Made by a program: the position numbers and the translations under genes
Shown here: one piece after another, positions 25,165-37,307 of the stretch
Position numbering within the stretch: the first letter of the stretch is position 1
Layout of the letters: each line of letters begins with the position of its first letter
The notes under the pieces: generated by a model
Database searches by the model: none
What the model was told of the DNA's origin: nothing
What the model saw: the letters and a program-made list of their open reading frames with translations, nothing else
Assembly: GCF_018977255.1 (NCBI RefSeq)
Contig: NW_024704742.1
Coordinates: 96,350,001-96,414,000 of the forward strand
Source of the DNA: Callorhinchus milii
Lineage: Eukaryota
Direction: 5' to 3'
Length of the DNA: 64,000 nucleotides

Positions 25165-25260
25165 TACCTGAGTCCAGATTTACTCCATTTATGTAGCATT
25201 TTAGAGTGTGCAGATTTGGGAGAAAATTGTTGAATTCAGTCTGCACTCAGCTTTTGATGT
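25165..25260. mobile_element. Half copy of the palindromic MITE
   Basis: gagaaattctacctgagtccagatttactccatt matches the left arm of 284-517. Confidence 0.6.
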
Positions 25261-25777
25261 GCTTCTTGCAATACGTTTGTTCTTAGTAACCTAAAGCAAG
25301 ATCTAATGAAGTTAGTCCATTTTTTCCTTTATCGCTGTAAGTTTTACTCTGGTTTCTGAGGAGCAGGAACACTGAAAAGAATTTGTTCATTGGCACAATA
25401 TTCTGTCAGCTAATCCCGTTTACAGACATTTATATGTAAGCCTCACTTAATTGGCTCTGTCCATCAGTTAATGCCCTCACTTGTTGTTTTTCCTCAATTG
25501 CACCAGAAACCTGTTACCAGTGTTTTTAAATCCTTGCTAAAATTTAGGCCCTAAAGATGTTGCTCAATTCCTTATGTTGTGCAAAAGACAATGGTCAGTT
25601 AGTTCAACGTAGATAGGAGTGAAAAATGCAAAAATGTTTTGTGTTCATCTGCAGGGATTGTAGGTTTGGATTCTTGCTATTCTATTTTTGCTGGTAGTAG
25701 AAAACCTGTAATCAATGCAACAAACCATTAAACAATTCTCCATTGGGAACAGAGCATGATCAGCAATGTTCTTCCGA

Positions 25778-26105
25778 TAATAATAAAAATCCTTGCCTTT
25801 GATATAGTGCTTTATTACATCGGAAGGATGTCTCAAAGAGTTCAAAGGAGTAACTACATGAGTGACTGCGTATTTGTAGGCAAACGCAGCAGCACAATTA
25901 CACAGCAGCATGATTGCACGCAGCAATATCCCACAATCAGCCATGGAGTGAGCAACCAATTTTCTTTGGGGTGTTGTAGGACAGGACACCGGGAGAAACA
26001 CCCTTCTCTTTTTAAATAGTGCCTTGGGATCTTTAACATCCACCTGAACAGGCAGATGGAACCTCAGTTTTACTTCTCATCTGAAAGACAGCACCTCTGA
26101 CAATG
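25778..26105 (-). mobile_element. Deu-type SINE (family B), 5'-truncated
   Basis: aggacaccgggagaaacacccttctc...agtgccttgggatctttaacatccacctgaacaggcag. Confidence 0.85.
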
Positions 26106-26227
26106 ACAAGTTCCGCTATTCCAAATACTTTTCAAAATGTGTCTAATAGTTTTATAATGTAACACAGAAGTGCTCATCTCTCTCCAAAAGCTGCTCCCTG
26201 ACGATTTCCTCTCATGGTGTTGGATGT

Positions 26228-26515
26228 ACAATACAATTACAATACAATTTACATTTATATAGCACCTTTCACATTAGAAGGAGATCTCAAGGCGCTTTAC
26301 AGAACTGGTTGAGCACTCAAGACAGGAGATGGGAGCTGAAGGGTGTGTGTAGGGGTCTGGGGGAAGGATAACCAAAAGCATGGTCAAAGTTGTAAGTCTT
26401 GAGGCGGGCTTTTGAAAGGGAGGGAGGAAGAGAGGGAGGGAGGGAGAGAGGGAGGGAGGGAGGGAAAGAATTGAAGGGTCTCTGGGATTGAGTTCCAGAG
26501 AGCAGGGACAGACAG
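26228..26515 (-). mobile_element. L2 3' fragment, (TTGTA)n-tailed subfamily, with a (GGGA)n expansion
   Basis: (tacaa)n tttacatttatatagc tail; ccaaaagcatggtcaaa; gagttccagagagcaggg. Confidence 0.7.
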
Positions 26516-27193
26516 CACTAAAGTAGTAAAAAAAAAGCAGATGAGAAAAAAAAGTGGAAAGCAGGATTAATGAAAACTAAAAGTTGAAACACAGAGATGA
26601 CCACGTCACAGACACAATAGACTTAGTAACTGTCTTTGATGAAAATTTCAATGGAATAATATTTGCAGTATTTCTTAAAACATTCCTCAACTTACTTAAG
26701 CAACACATTAAGGAACATCAGCAGGTGACGACCCTCTCCAGGAATGTGGTGTACTCCTCTAAGGGTTGCAGCACCATTATTTTATGACCCTGAGGCGGAT
26801 GATTTTATTTTGCAAGTTCTTTGGTCCTTTATCAGGCTCTGACTTTGTTTGTCATTCAATATTGCTTTCTCACCACTGATCTTCCTTGGAGGGCTGAATT
26901 AAGATTTAACTTTTAGTGATTTGTCTGCAGATGTTGCCTAGATTGTACAATGTAGGAAATTGGGTGCAATTTAGCCTTTGAGTTTTCCAGTGTCTCTAAT
27001 AAAGCCTGCAATTCAAGTTTAATATTTCTACTCAGACTCATGTTGTGAGATTTCTAACACAAGTAAATGCTGAAGTGTGATATTTTGTTGCTTTTTTTAA
27101 AATTCAGCAGCATGGCCCAATACGTTGATTCATCGATTTAAAGCATAATAGCTGATTTTATTTCTGAACAGGGTGTCACTGTACATTTATTCT

Positions 27194-28160
27194 AATAATA
27201 ATAGATCTTGCATTTGGTTTAGCCCCAAAAGCTGCCGACACCCTTGTCCATGCCTTTGTCACCTCTTGACTGGACTATTCTAACGCCCTCCTCGCTGGTC
27301 TCTCCTCCTCCACTACTCACAGAATTCAGCTCATTCAAAACTCCACCACCCACATTCTCACCCGAACCAAACTTCGTACCCTGATTACTCCAGTCCTGGC
27401 CAAACTCCACTGGCTCCCTGTCACAGAGCGGATCAACTTGAAGATCCTCACTCTAGTGTTTAAATCCCTCCAAACCGTGGCATCCCCCTATCTCTCTAAC
27501 CTCCTCTCTCCCCACAGCAGTACCCACTGCCTCCGCTCTAATGGGTCCAGCCTCCTCCCTGTCCCCTGAATCCTCCGCTCTACTATCGGCGGCCGTGCCT
27601 TCAGCCATTATGCCCCGAAACTTTGGAACTCCCTCCCTCAACCCCTTCACCTTGCCCCCTCCTTCCCCATTTTCAGGTCACTCCTGAAGACCTTCCTTTA
27701 CAACCGTGCCCACGGTCACCTTCCCCCTCCCCTTGGCTCAGCCTTGGGCTCCACCATTGTTAAGCGCTCTGAGATGCCGCCTGGCATGGAGGGCGCTAAA
27801 TAAGTGCAAGCTGTTGTTGTTGTTAGCACTTCTTTGAGACAATTCAAAGCGCTTCAAGGAATATACTGTAAAGTGAATAGACTGAATATTGTGTGGGCGA
27901 AACGCGGCAGCCAATTGCACACAGGAGTGTCCCACAAACAGTCGTGGAGTGACCAAATTATTTTTATTTATTTTGAAGGAATTATTACCCCCGGAAAAGA
28001 GATCCACCAATCACCTAACAACTGGGTTCCTATTTACTGCTAGCTAAACACAGGCATGTGGAGTAAGAAAACCTGCCCAATGTTTTGCCCTGTTGGGAAT
28101 CAAACCCAGGACCTCTCACTTGCGAGGTGAGTGCTCTAACCACTGAGCTACAGGATTCCA
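27194..28160 (-). mobile_element. Family A SINE (long variant) split by an L2 (tail 27194-27216, body and head 27824-28160)
   Basis: aataataatagatcttgcatttg precedes the L2. The SINE continues after the L2 (gtt)n tail as tagcactt...tcaaagcgcttc through to ctgagctacaggattcca. Confidence 0.8.
27220..27823 (+). mobile_element. L2 3' fragment (~600 bp)
   Basis: Encodes LVHAFVTS.LDYSNALLAG and LHWLPV...KILTLVFKSL; (gtt)n tail. Confidence 0.9.
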
Positions 28161-28350
28161 CCCGAACAGGTAGACAGGGCCTCGGTTTAACACTTCATCC
28201 GAAAAATGTCACATATGACAATGCAGCACACCATGACCACTGGATTGAAGTGTCAGTTTAGACTGTATGAGTTCCAAGTTCTGACACAGGCCTTGAACCC
28301 ACAACCTTCTGACTCAGAGGTTAGAGTGCTACCAACGGAGCCAAGCTGAC
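28161..28350 (-). mobile_element. Deu-type SINE 5' half (family B)
   Basis: cttgaacccacaaccttctgactcagag...gagccaagctgac is the reverse complement of the family B head. Confidence 0.85.
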
Positions 28351-28356
28351 ATATCC

Positions 28357-28671
28357 GGACATCCTGTAGCTCAGTGGTTAGAGCACTCGCTTTGCAAGCG
28401 AGAGACCTGAGTTCAATTCCAGGCAGGGTGAAACCTTGGGCAAGTTTCCTTACTCCACACACCTAATAATAATCCCTCCAAAACCAAAAACAATAATAAA
28501 TTGGTCATTTTCAATCTACGACTGTTTGTGGGACATTGCTGTGTGCAATTGGCTGCCGCGTTCGCCCACAAATATATAGTCAATTCACTTTATAGTGTGT
28601 TCTGTGAAGCGCTTTGGGACGTCCTCCCGACGTGAAAAGCGCTATATCAAATGTAAGGATTATTATTATTA
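28357..28671 (+). mobile_element. Family A SINE (short variant), full length
   Basis: A box tagctcagtgg, stem-loop ctcgc-tttgcaa-gcgag, B box gttcaattcc, (att)n tail. Confidence 0.92.
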
Positions 28672-29509
28672 TCTGATGGAAACCCATGGCCAAGCTAAAG
28701 AGCATCCAAACCAAATTTCCACAGATGCATGTCACCTACCCAAGGAGATTTTGCTGTGTGTAGAATAGAAAGATAAATATCTTGTTGCACAGAATTAAGG
28801 TATAGTAACTAATTTCCTCTTTGTATGGATGGGGAGTGGGGTGTCCCTGGATATTCTGAACATTAATTTTATTTAACATTGAATTGCTCAGCTACTCACC
28901 ACTGAATGAAATGGTCCCTTACACAGACAGCCCTGTGGATATGTTGAGTTTATCCCTTGCCAGGGGAATCTACGACATGGGAGGGAATCACTTCTGGAGA
29001 GAGATGAGAGGCAGTCGGCACTCAGGAGAATGTGAAATGTTCTCCCTTTCATGCTGACAGGTAGTTCTGCTTGGCAGCTCTGAGAGCCATACGCAATATT
29101 TTACACCCACATTCGCTTCTTGGGATGTTAGAAATATCACCACTCAAAATGGTTTACACTTGTCATCTAAAACCTGAGATTGTGCTACTGGAAATTGTAG
29201 GGTAAGTTGCTCTCCAGTAACATTGACTGAAACAAAACCCAATATCATGTCAGCTCAAATCACATGCTGCAATCTCTTTTCTCTGCAAATTGTGTGATTC
29301 CAATACAGGAGTTGAAGTTTATCACTGACGTTTCCCCAATGGCAAACAAACTGGAATAAAAGTGCCTCTCGACTAACTCCACCGATATGCATTTAGTTGA
29401 ATAAAACATATCCATTGTTTTTTCCCAAGTACATGGCACATTTGGGGGCTAAGAATAAATTGATAAACTGCTCAAGGTTAATTCTCAGGTTGTGGTGTCC
29501 TCTGAACTC

Positions 29510-29845
29510 TTCATATCAGTCTAGGCTAAAACCATACAGCGCTGGGTAGCGCTGCACTGTTGGATGTGCCATCCTTTGGATGAAGCTTTAAATCAAAGTA
29601 CCATCTGCCTGTTCAGTGGACATTAAAGATCCCATTGCACAAATTGAAAAGAAAAGGGAGTTTCTCCCGATGTCATGGTCAACATTTTCGCAGATAAAAT
29701 TGATCATTCAACATGTAGTTGTTTGTGAGACATTGCTGTGTGTAAATTGACTGCTGCATTTGCCTGCAAAATACCCAGTCATTACACTTAACAGCAATTT
29801 GAGATGTTGGGGCACTATATCAGATTCAGATGCAAGGATGACTAC
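29510..29845 (+). mobile_element. Deu-type SINE (family B), head lost
   Basis: gctgcactgttggatgtgccatcctttggatga...aaagatcccattgcac...gggagtttctcccgatgtc. Confidence 0.8.
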
Positions 29846-32221
29846 TGCATGATCACAAGATTGGTTTAGATGAAAAAGGCCTTCTGGCCCATCCAATCTC
29901 GTCCTTCCAGAAACCCACTCTCTTATCCCCCCATCACAGTGTCACAATTAAACCTAAGTGTTACCCTGTTTACACTATAAACAAGATGAAAACAAAAAGG
30001 GCTGGGATTGCACAGTAGGTCGATCAGAACTTTCAAATAGATTGTTTTAGGAAAAAAACAGAATTGTACTTATCCATGGATTATAGCATGAACCATTAAA
30101 AGGATGCTAGTATTTGCTCTCAGTCCAAGCCTGTTTCACTAAGGCAGGTAGTTGAGTTCCATTGCTGGCAAGAGTCAGTTCTAATGGGTTTCTGTCAGGA
30201 TGAGATTGGCCAGAGGGCTTTTTTTCCTAGAACATGGCTGACACAACTATAAATTGGTTCATCCAATGTTCAGATGCAACCTCTTTACTAATAGTTGAAC
30301 ACTCCATTCAGAGAAGAGGTAACTGAGTCATGCATGCCACAATAAGTGGACCTTGAAAGACCAATTATTCAGTAGCACTCCAGTTGTAGAGAAGGCCTTG
30401 TCTCTCTAAGTAGAATGAGAAAGGAACTGCTTGGAAGTGACTGGTGTTTGTTTTTATTAAATAAGAGCCTCTCTTGTGCTGCAGTCCATCAGGGGTTAAT
30501 TTCTCAGATGTCTTTGTGCTTGCCTGCTGTGTTGTTACTTGTCCCATGTGCTGGAGCAGACACTGCTCAAAATGAACACAACAAATTGTTAGATAATGCG
30601 TCTTCTTCTGGTGGAGAGGCAGGTGCGTTTTGGGATAAGTGGTGTAATGACACTGATATGCTCTGACAGGCAAGCTGATATAAAATTACTGAGTTAGTAG
30701 GCAGTGATTGGGGCGGCATCTCAGAGGAACCTCGGCACAACTCTCCAGTCCCCGGGGTGCTAATTAAAATTTTGTGGATAGTATTTGCAATGCTCAATGG
30801 CCCTACTTACAGCAATTATCAGTTACTAAATGTTAGCACTAGCAACGGCACCTAATGATTGGCTCATTTACGCGCATTTTCAAGTAGCTGAATTGCCTGG
30901 ATGTCTCTATTGGATTTAGCTTGAAATTACTTTGGTCGTCATCCAATTATCAATTCTTACTGGGATCCCTTGCCAAAAAAAGGAAGGATTTAACTACCCA
31001 CCCACCTGCTCTTCCTCATTGAAACCAGTGGAAGGAGAGACTGCCCGTTCATTTAGTTTTGAACACAGATCAGCAGAGTGTTTACCTACTGGACTGGGTT
31101 AATGTTTATGATTAGCTTTTATCAAATTACTATCATTAATTTCTCCAGCAAATATGTAATTCTCACTCTCAAAATAGCAGCTTTCACACATGGCGAACAT
31201 ATGAGACGGTCTGAAATGGGAGCTATTCCAGTCATTTAGCTGTATTTAAATGCTGCATTTTTTCAATGGAGGCTAAAGCTCTTGTGTTACATCTTTTTTG
31301 TTGGTGAACTCCTTCTTCCTTTCACATGCACAAAATCTCCAGTCGCTGCTCTCTGTGCATTCTGCATGAGCATAAGGCAATCCCAAATTATTTCAAAAAA
31401 TTGCAAAGACAAGACTTTGGTTGTCTATTCTACAGTGCCTGGCAAAGGGGATGTGGGAACTTGAAGAAATATCTTTCACTCCTCCCGCCTGCTCAGTCAA
31501 ACCAACTGAGAAGCCAGTGGGGCTTAGTCTGATTCATCCACACTGGGAACTCATTGGTATGGCTGAAGCATTATTATACTCTGTTTGGTTTATTTGTATG
31601 TATGTTTATAAATATGTGCAAATGCGATTTTAAAAATATAATTTCATTTTACATTGCAGCTCAATTTCTCATGAACAAAAGATGATGTCAAAGTGAAATG
31701 AGAGCCATTTTATTGATTACCAAAGTTACTTTTATTTGATTAAAATAAATAAATTTACATTTCTAATGTCATAATTTTAAATTACACTGCAGTTCAGTGT
31801 AAGCGCACTGGGACCCATTTGTTAATTCAACCAAACAGAACAGATTAGAGTATAGCCAACGAGAACAATTTCACTGTGTGGATGAATTACACGGAGCATG
31901 ATAGCATCCACAGAGTTCAAAATTTATCTATGTTTATTTGTAGATAGCCCATATTTGATCCTTTTCTATCTTCTCCTAAAAAAAAGGTGATAAGTATGGG
32001 GGAGGGGATATTAATAAGGAAGGATGAAATTACTTTCTGTCATTTATTTACCGTCCTTCATTGCATCTCTTCTCACAAGTGTATCAACATTTATCATCAT
32101 TGGTAGTAGGAGAGGAAGTAAATAGATATCTATCTTCTGATGCCGCAGCTCCAAAGAATCAACAATGTTTCAAATTATTGAAAGATAAATGAGGTGAAAA
32201 TTATCAGATCATTTGTTAAAA

Positions 32222-32520
32222 AAAATTGGTCACTCAATCCATGACTGTTTGTGAGAGGCTGCTGTTTACAATTGGCTGCTGCGTTTGGCCCACAAAATAT
32301 ACAGTCAATCCATTTTGCAATATATTCTGCGATACACTTTGAGACGTCTCAATGACGTGAAAAGGCATTATATCAAATGCAAGGATCATTATTATTGGGG
32401 AGAAATTCCATCAGATTCTAGATTTACTCCAGTAGTAATTCAGAGCTTCCAGAATTTGGCAAATTCTTACATACAACCACAATTTTGAAGTTGGTTTCCT
32501 GTAAGTTCTTCTAAGAACTA
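32222..32520 (+). mobile_element. SINE 3' fragment (32222-32396) abutting a half MITE (32397-32520)
   Basis: SINE tail ...aaatgcaaggatcattattatt, then ggggagaaattccatcagattctagatttactcc (MITE left arm). Confidence 0.75.
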
Positions 32521-33074
32521 AAGTCTCAAAGAACTTCACAGGTAAATGTTGTAAAGCGTGATGATGTGTGTATCTATAAACAAATGCAGCAGTCATTTTG
32601 CACACATCACTGTCCTATAAACAACCGTGAAGTGATTGAACATCTCTGACAATGCAGCGCTCCTCCAAACCTCTCTTCTGGTTGTGCGATCTAGGACAAA
32701 TTACTGAAATATTGTTGACTACATTCATTTCATAGAAAGCTGCTAAAACTGAGCCTGGTGTCAATGGATTCCACAACAGTCACATCAGACAACTCCTAAT
32801 ATTACATGTAATGCCCAATCAGTAGTTAAGGTCGTGTGGTGTTCCTTCCCAAGCCAATGTGCTCTGGGTTCATTACATTCAACAAACAATTACTGTCAAA
32901 AGAAGCAGGTGGCTTTGAGTAGTCAATGTGAAAATAGTCTGGTCAACAACAAGCAGATATAACAAATGACACTCTTTTTTCTATAAAACTGTAATCTATT
33001 TTGATTTTATCACTCTGATTTCAAAAAAAATCTATTCAATATTTTTCCCTCTCCCTGCGAAGACATTGACTGAC

Positions 33075-33140
33075 TTACATGGTGAGTCACCCCTGCCATA
33101 ACTCACCAAAGTTACCATTCTTCATGTGTGAACAGAGAAT
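33075..33140 (-). mobile_element. AmnSINE2-like 3' fragment
   Basis: The reverse complement contains ttcacacatgaagaatggtaactttgg, as at ~22334-22360. Confidence 0.5.
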
Positions 33141-34874
33141 CAGCAACTATGTAGACAGCACAACTAATCATTTCCCCATATGCACTTGCACACAAATACA
33201 TATATCAATACACACAGGCACATGCACATGCAAACACATAAACATTCTCATACACATATACTTTTCCATATACTAGGAAGGGCAATGGATAGTTCTCAGG
33301 AACAGAAACCTTATCGATTATATTTATTTCAATCTTAGCCCAACACCCGCCTGATCTGAGGTACAGGCAGAATTTGGCAAAACAAATAAATTTTACTTCA
33401 ATTGTGAGGTGTCATTGATTCTAAGACACACCCTGATTTAAAAAATACTACACCTTAAATTCAAGTAAATGAGATATTTTTGCAATCCCTAAACAAAAGT
33501 TGTTGAAGAAAATTGAAACAAAACATTCCTACTGTTGTTCTGGCTGAGGTCAAAACACTTAAAAAAATCATTTGCCTACAAAATACACAGTCACTACACT
33601 TGACTATAAACCCTATGAAGCACACTTTGAGACATCCTCCCGATGTCAAATATCAAATACAGGGATTCTTCCTCAAAACACAATTAGTTTTACATTGTAC
33701 ATGTTAATTAACCAAGCTTATGTTTTTTTAAAAAATGGTAGTCCTATGTCTTGCCATGGATTAATGATCTTACACTGAGCAATTGGATAATATGCCAAAT
33801 AGTTTGAGGCCTAACAAAGGCTTGATATGAAGCTGTCCTTTTTACTATCCCAGTCTGTTTGGTAAGTTCAGACACATCAGATTGTCAAACTGAACTCTAG
33901 GAGGTGCTGGATAGTGATGCAAGTCCCATCTGTCCATCCGTCTGTCTGTCCGTCTGCCCAGAAAGCTGCGTGTTTAATCTTAAACCCGTGTGACTAGAAT
34001 GTGTCTCAAATTGAAGACAGTTGCATTAGTTATTTTGCACACACACAGAGCAAAGAGCAGAAAATAGTCGAGACACGGGAAAGGTAAGGGCTGCAGTTAA
34101 AAAGAACTTACTCACCCAATAACCATAGAAATGTTGTTTTTAATTCCCTGCATATCAAGCTGCAAGGCTGCTGCTACCATTTAAGATAAGATTAGTTGCT
34201 GTTCCACTATCAACAGCTCCAGATTTTCCCTGCAGGGATTCCTTCTGACAGGCTTTAGCCAGAGGCTTGTCTGCGGATTAACACTAGATAAAAATTATAC
34301 ACTAAAGCTTTGGAACTGTATGACTAATAGGATTAAAAACACCAGATGCAGACCCTGTGCAGGTTAAAAATGCAATTTTTACATTACAAAGTCAGAGGAT
34401 CTCTTTGAATATGCAATGAATATGGATGTTTTCAATTATCACAGTCTGCCAGGGGTATATGATATATCAAATTAATCCTTTTAGAACATCCAACACAGCA
34501 AAGAAAACACTTTTTTAGCTTAAACCTTTAGTTCAAGTTTTTTTTTAATAAGCAGGTGCAGTATTTGAAGGTACAGTTTTGGAATGATGCAGACGCAAAA
34601 AGGAGATTTGTGTCTTCTGTGAAGTAAATCAGTGGGAATATTTCATAAATAATGCTGCGCAGTGGAAACTTCGGGGAACGGAAAGGGACCGTTGGCGGGA
34701 TAAAAATTAATGCGGCTTACTCATCCCAGCTCAGTGGGGCTCCTGTCCCCACACTGGAGCTGAAAGAAATCAGCATCAAGGCATAATTTCACAACATGTT
34801 TCTGAAAATAATAACAATAAAAAATAGAACCCAGCAGTTATTCTTCTCCACCCATTCTTCTATGGCTGTGCAGG

Positions 34875-35267
34875 GAGCAATTTATTAAGTCATCCGGGTG
34901 TCTGACACCCATCACCATGCTTAAGAGTATCCAAACGAATATGAGATTTCCATGCATCCCACCTGCACATGGAAGATCCAGAGATAGATTGTTGGAATGG
35001 AATGCGCACTCTCTCCCTGAAGGATGAATCCTGCTTACCTAATTCCGGAAAGTATTAGATGCAGGTTGGCAAGAGCCAAGGCTTGGGGACCCCAGAATAT
35101 GCATTGGGGTACTGCTGGAGTCTAACCAGCTAAAACCGCATAGCTTGCCATTGATATTGCTGTTTGGTAAGCTTCCCTGCTACTTGTCCAGTTAGGACCC
35201 GGCTACTCATTAGGCTTTGGCTTGCAAGATTAGCGGGAGCTGAGTGGGAAGAATCTCTGCCCCAGTG
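34875..35267 (-). repeat. Unclassified interspersed repeat (family C)
   Basis: Collinear inverted homology over ~380 bp with 55116-55500. Confidence 0.85.
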
Positions 35268-35619
35268 TGGAGAGTGAAGTGGCACTTTTAAACTCCAAGT
35301 AAATCTAGTGTGAGTGTAATAATATTTAGGCAAAGGCCCACAGAGCCCATCTATGCTAGATTTGCTGCCATGTTTTACCTTAGCTTCACATCTGGTCATT
35401 CAATACCTTCTCTTTCCAGTACCTAGTTGTGCGTTCAACCCATTTATTCATCCACAAAATATACAGTCAATTCACTTTACAGTATACACTGTGAAGTGCT
35501 TTGAGACATCTCAAAGACATGACAAGGTGCTATATCCAATGCAAGGATTATCATTTATTTTATCATTCAATCTGTTTCAATGGCCCTCCATGATTCTCCT
35601 TCACATGTTTCACCTGAGC

Positions 35620-36012
35620 TCCCATCAAGTCCACTGTCTTCTTTCTCCGCAACATTGGCCGCCTCCATCCAGACTTCAGCTGCCCATATCTTCTGCTGCC
35701 TAACACCCCATTTTGGCTGGCTCCTTTAGCTCCCTATCCCCAATGGATAATCTTTAAGATCCTTGTCCTCATCTTCAAATACCTCCACAGCCTTGCCTCA
35801 CCCTACCTCAGTGACATAACTCCGCCGGCCACTCCCTCCACTCCAACAACATGGCAAAGATGACTTCATGTTACCTTCTCCACGTTTGGCAGGCAAATTT
35901 TCAGACACACTGCCCCTACTCTTTGGAACTCTCGTCCCAAATCCTGATGCTCCCTTCCTCCCTGCTTTCAAAACCAATCTAAAGGTTGATTGCACTTTCA
36001 GCCACCTTTCCC
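35620..36012 (+). mobile_element. Old L2 3' fragment
   Basis: tttaagatccttgtcctcatcttcaaatacctccacagccttgcctcaccctacctc (FKILVLIFKYLHSLASPYL). Confidence 0.75.
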
Positions 36013-36729
36013 CTACATCTGTCAGTGTAAATTATTGTATTTTACTTCTTGAGTATCTCTGACTCTTATTCCTTGTCTCACAGGGCAGTGTGTGCTAGGA
36101 TGTTACTGCAGACCGGTGCTAGGATCTCTCTGTAACCAGGAATAGTGTACTGGTGTCATGGGATCATTTGCCTCTGATTCTTTGAAGAACTAACTGCCTG
36201 ATCTCCACTCGGCCCCTCACGGAAAATTGCGATAGTGTCAGGAATCACAGGTTGCTGCTCTATTAATTAGCTGGCAATACAGCACTGCCGAGCCTGCTGC
36301 AAAACATTTATATTAGTTTTTCCTCACTATACAAATTGCTCTGCATTGCCACTGACTCTGATGGAAAGTAATATTTAGACTAAAACACAAATTCAAGAAA
36401 TGCCTCTATTTGCACTATATCATTTATAATGATAGTGATATATAAAGCAAAGCTTGTGGTTGCATTGGTCACAAGCAGTCTGTGGGTGCATTGTATGTAC
36501 AAAGTCTATGGGCAGATTTTGTCCTCCATCATAAATGTAAGATTTATAGGCCGGAATGAAGACAGAGACGAGATGTAGAAGCGATTCAGTGAAAAGCAAC
36601 TGAGACAACTAACAGTCTCAGATTTTGTGCTCAGTGAGGTTAAGGAAATAGAGAGACACATGAACCAATTTTCAGATAATTTTGAAATCTATAAACTTAA
36701 CCGAGACTAGGGTTTAGAATTCAATAAAT

Positions 36730-37180
36730 TGTTCAGTAATGTTTAAGTACGAAGATGATCTGTTTTGACAAAATCCATGTTATTGAGATTACTTATTCTT
36801 TCTTCACTGCTGACTTTCATTCCATTTAATAGGATGTTGCAGACTGCTTTTTTAAGACTTTGATGAGTGTGTTCAATCCTTACAGTTTGCACATTCTGAC
36901 ACATTTTCTTTTTGTGCAGTTACTGAGCATGTTCCTTTTCCATTGCTGTAGACATTGTTCATTATTCAAGATTTTGTTGATGGTGCATCATTTCTCAGCA
37001 GTAATCTCATCTCCACTGGGTCCCTTGTTGTTCTCCACATCCTCAAAGACTAATAATTTTGCAAGTTTCAATTTGTCACCAATTGATGTCAAGGTCATTC
37101 TAGTATTCATTTCCCTGAATCAAGCTAAAGAGTCGGTGTAGAGGCAATTTAATATTTTCTTTGAAATGCTTTGCCATCCT
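36730..37180 (-). mobile_element. Highly decayed non-LTR RT fragment, RTE-like
   Basis: Minus-strand peptides across frameshifts, in the expected order: KHFKE..LN, NNKGPSGDEITAE, LHKK..SECANC, HGFCQNRS, IFVLK. Confidence 0.6.
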
Positions 37181-37307
37181 TTGATCCAATCAATTTCTTT
37201 CATTTTTTTAATATTAGTTCTAACAGAGAGTTCTTCAGTACTTTTATGGTACCGTGTGGGTTATTCATTATATCGTGCCAAGGACGAAGTTCTTAACGAG
37301 TTCTTAA

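Noticed and set aside
28357..28432. tRNA-Ala(TGC)-like cloverleaf as a real tRNA gene
   Set aside because: It is the head of a multi-copy SINE, continuing into the SINE body with no terminator and a weak acceptor stem.
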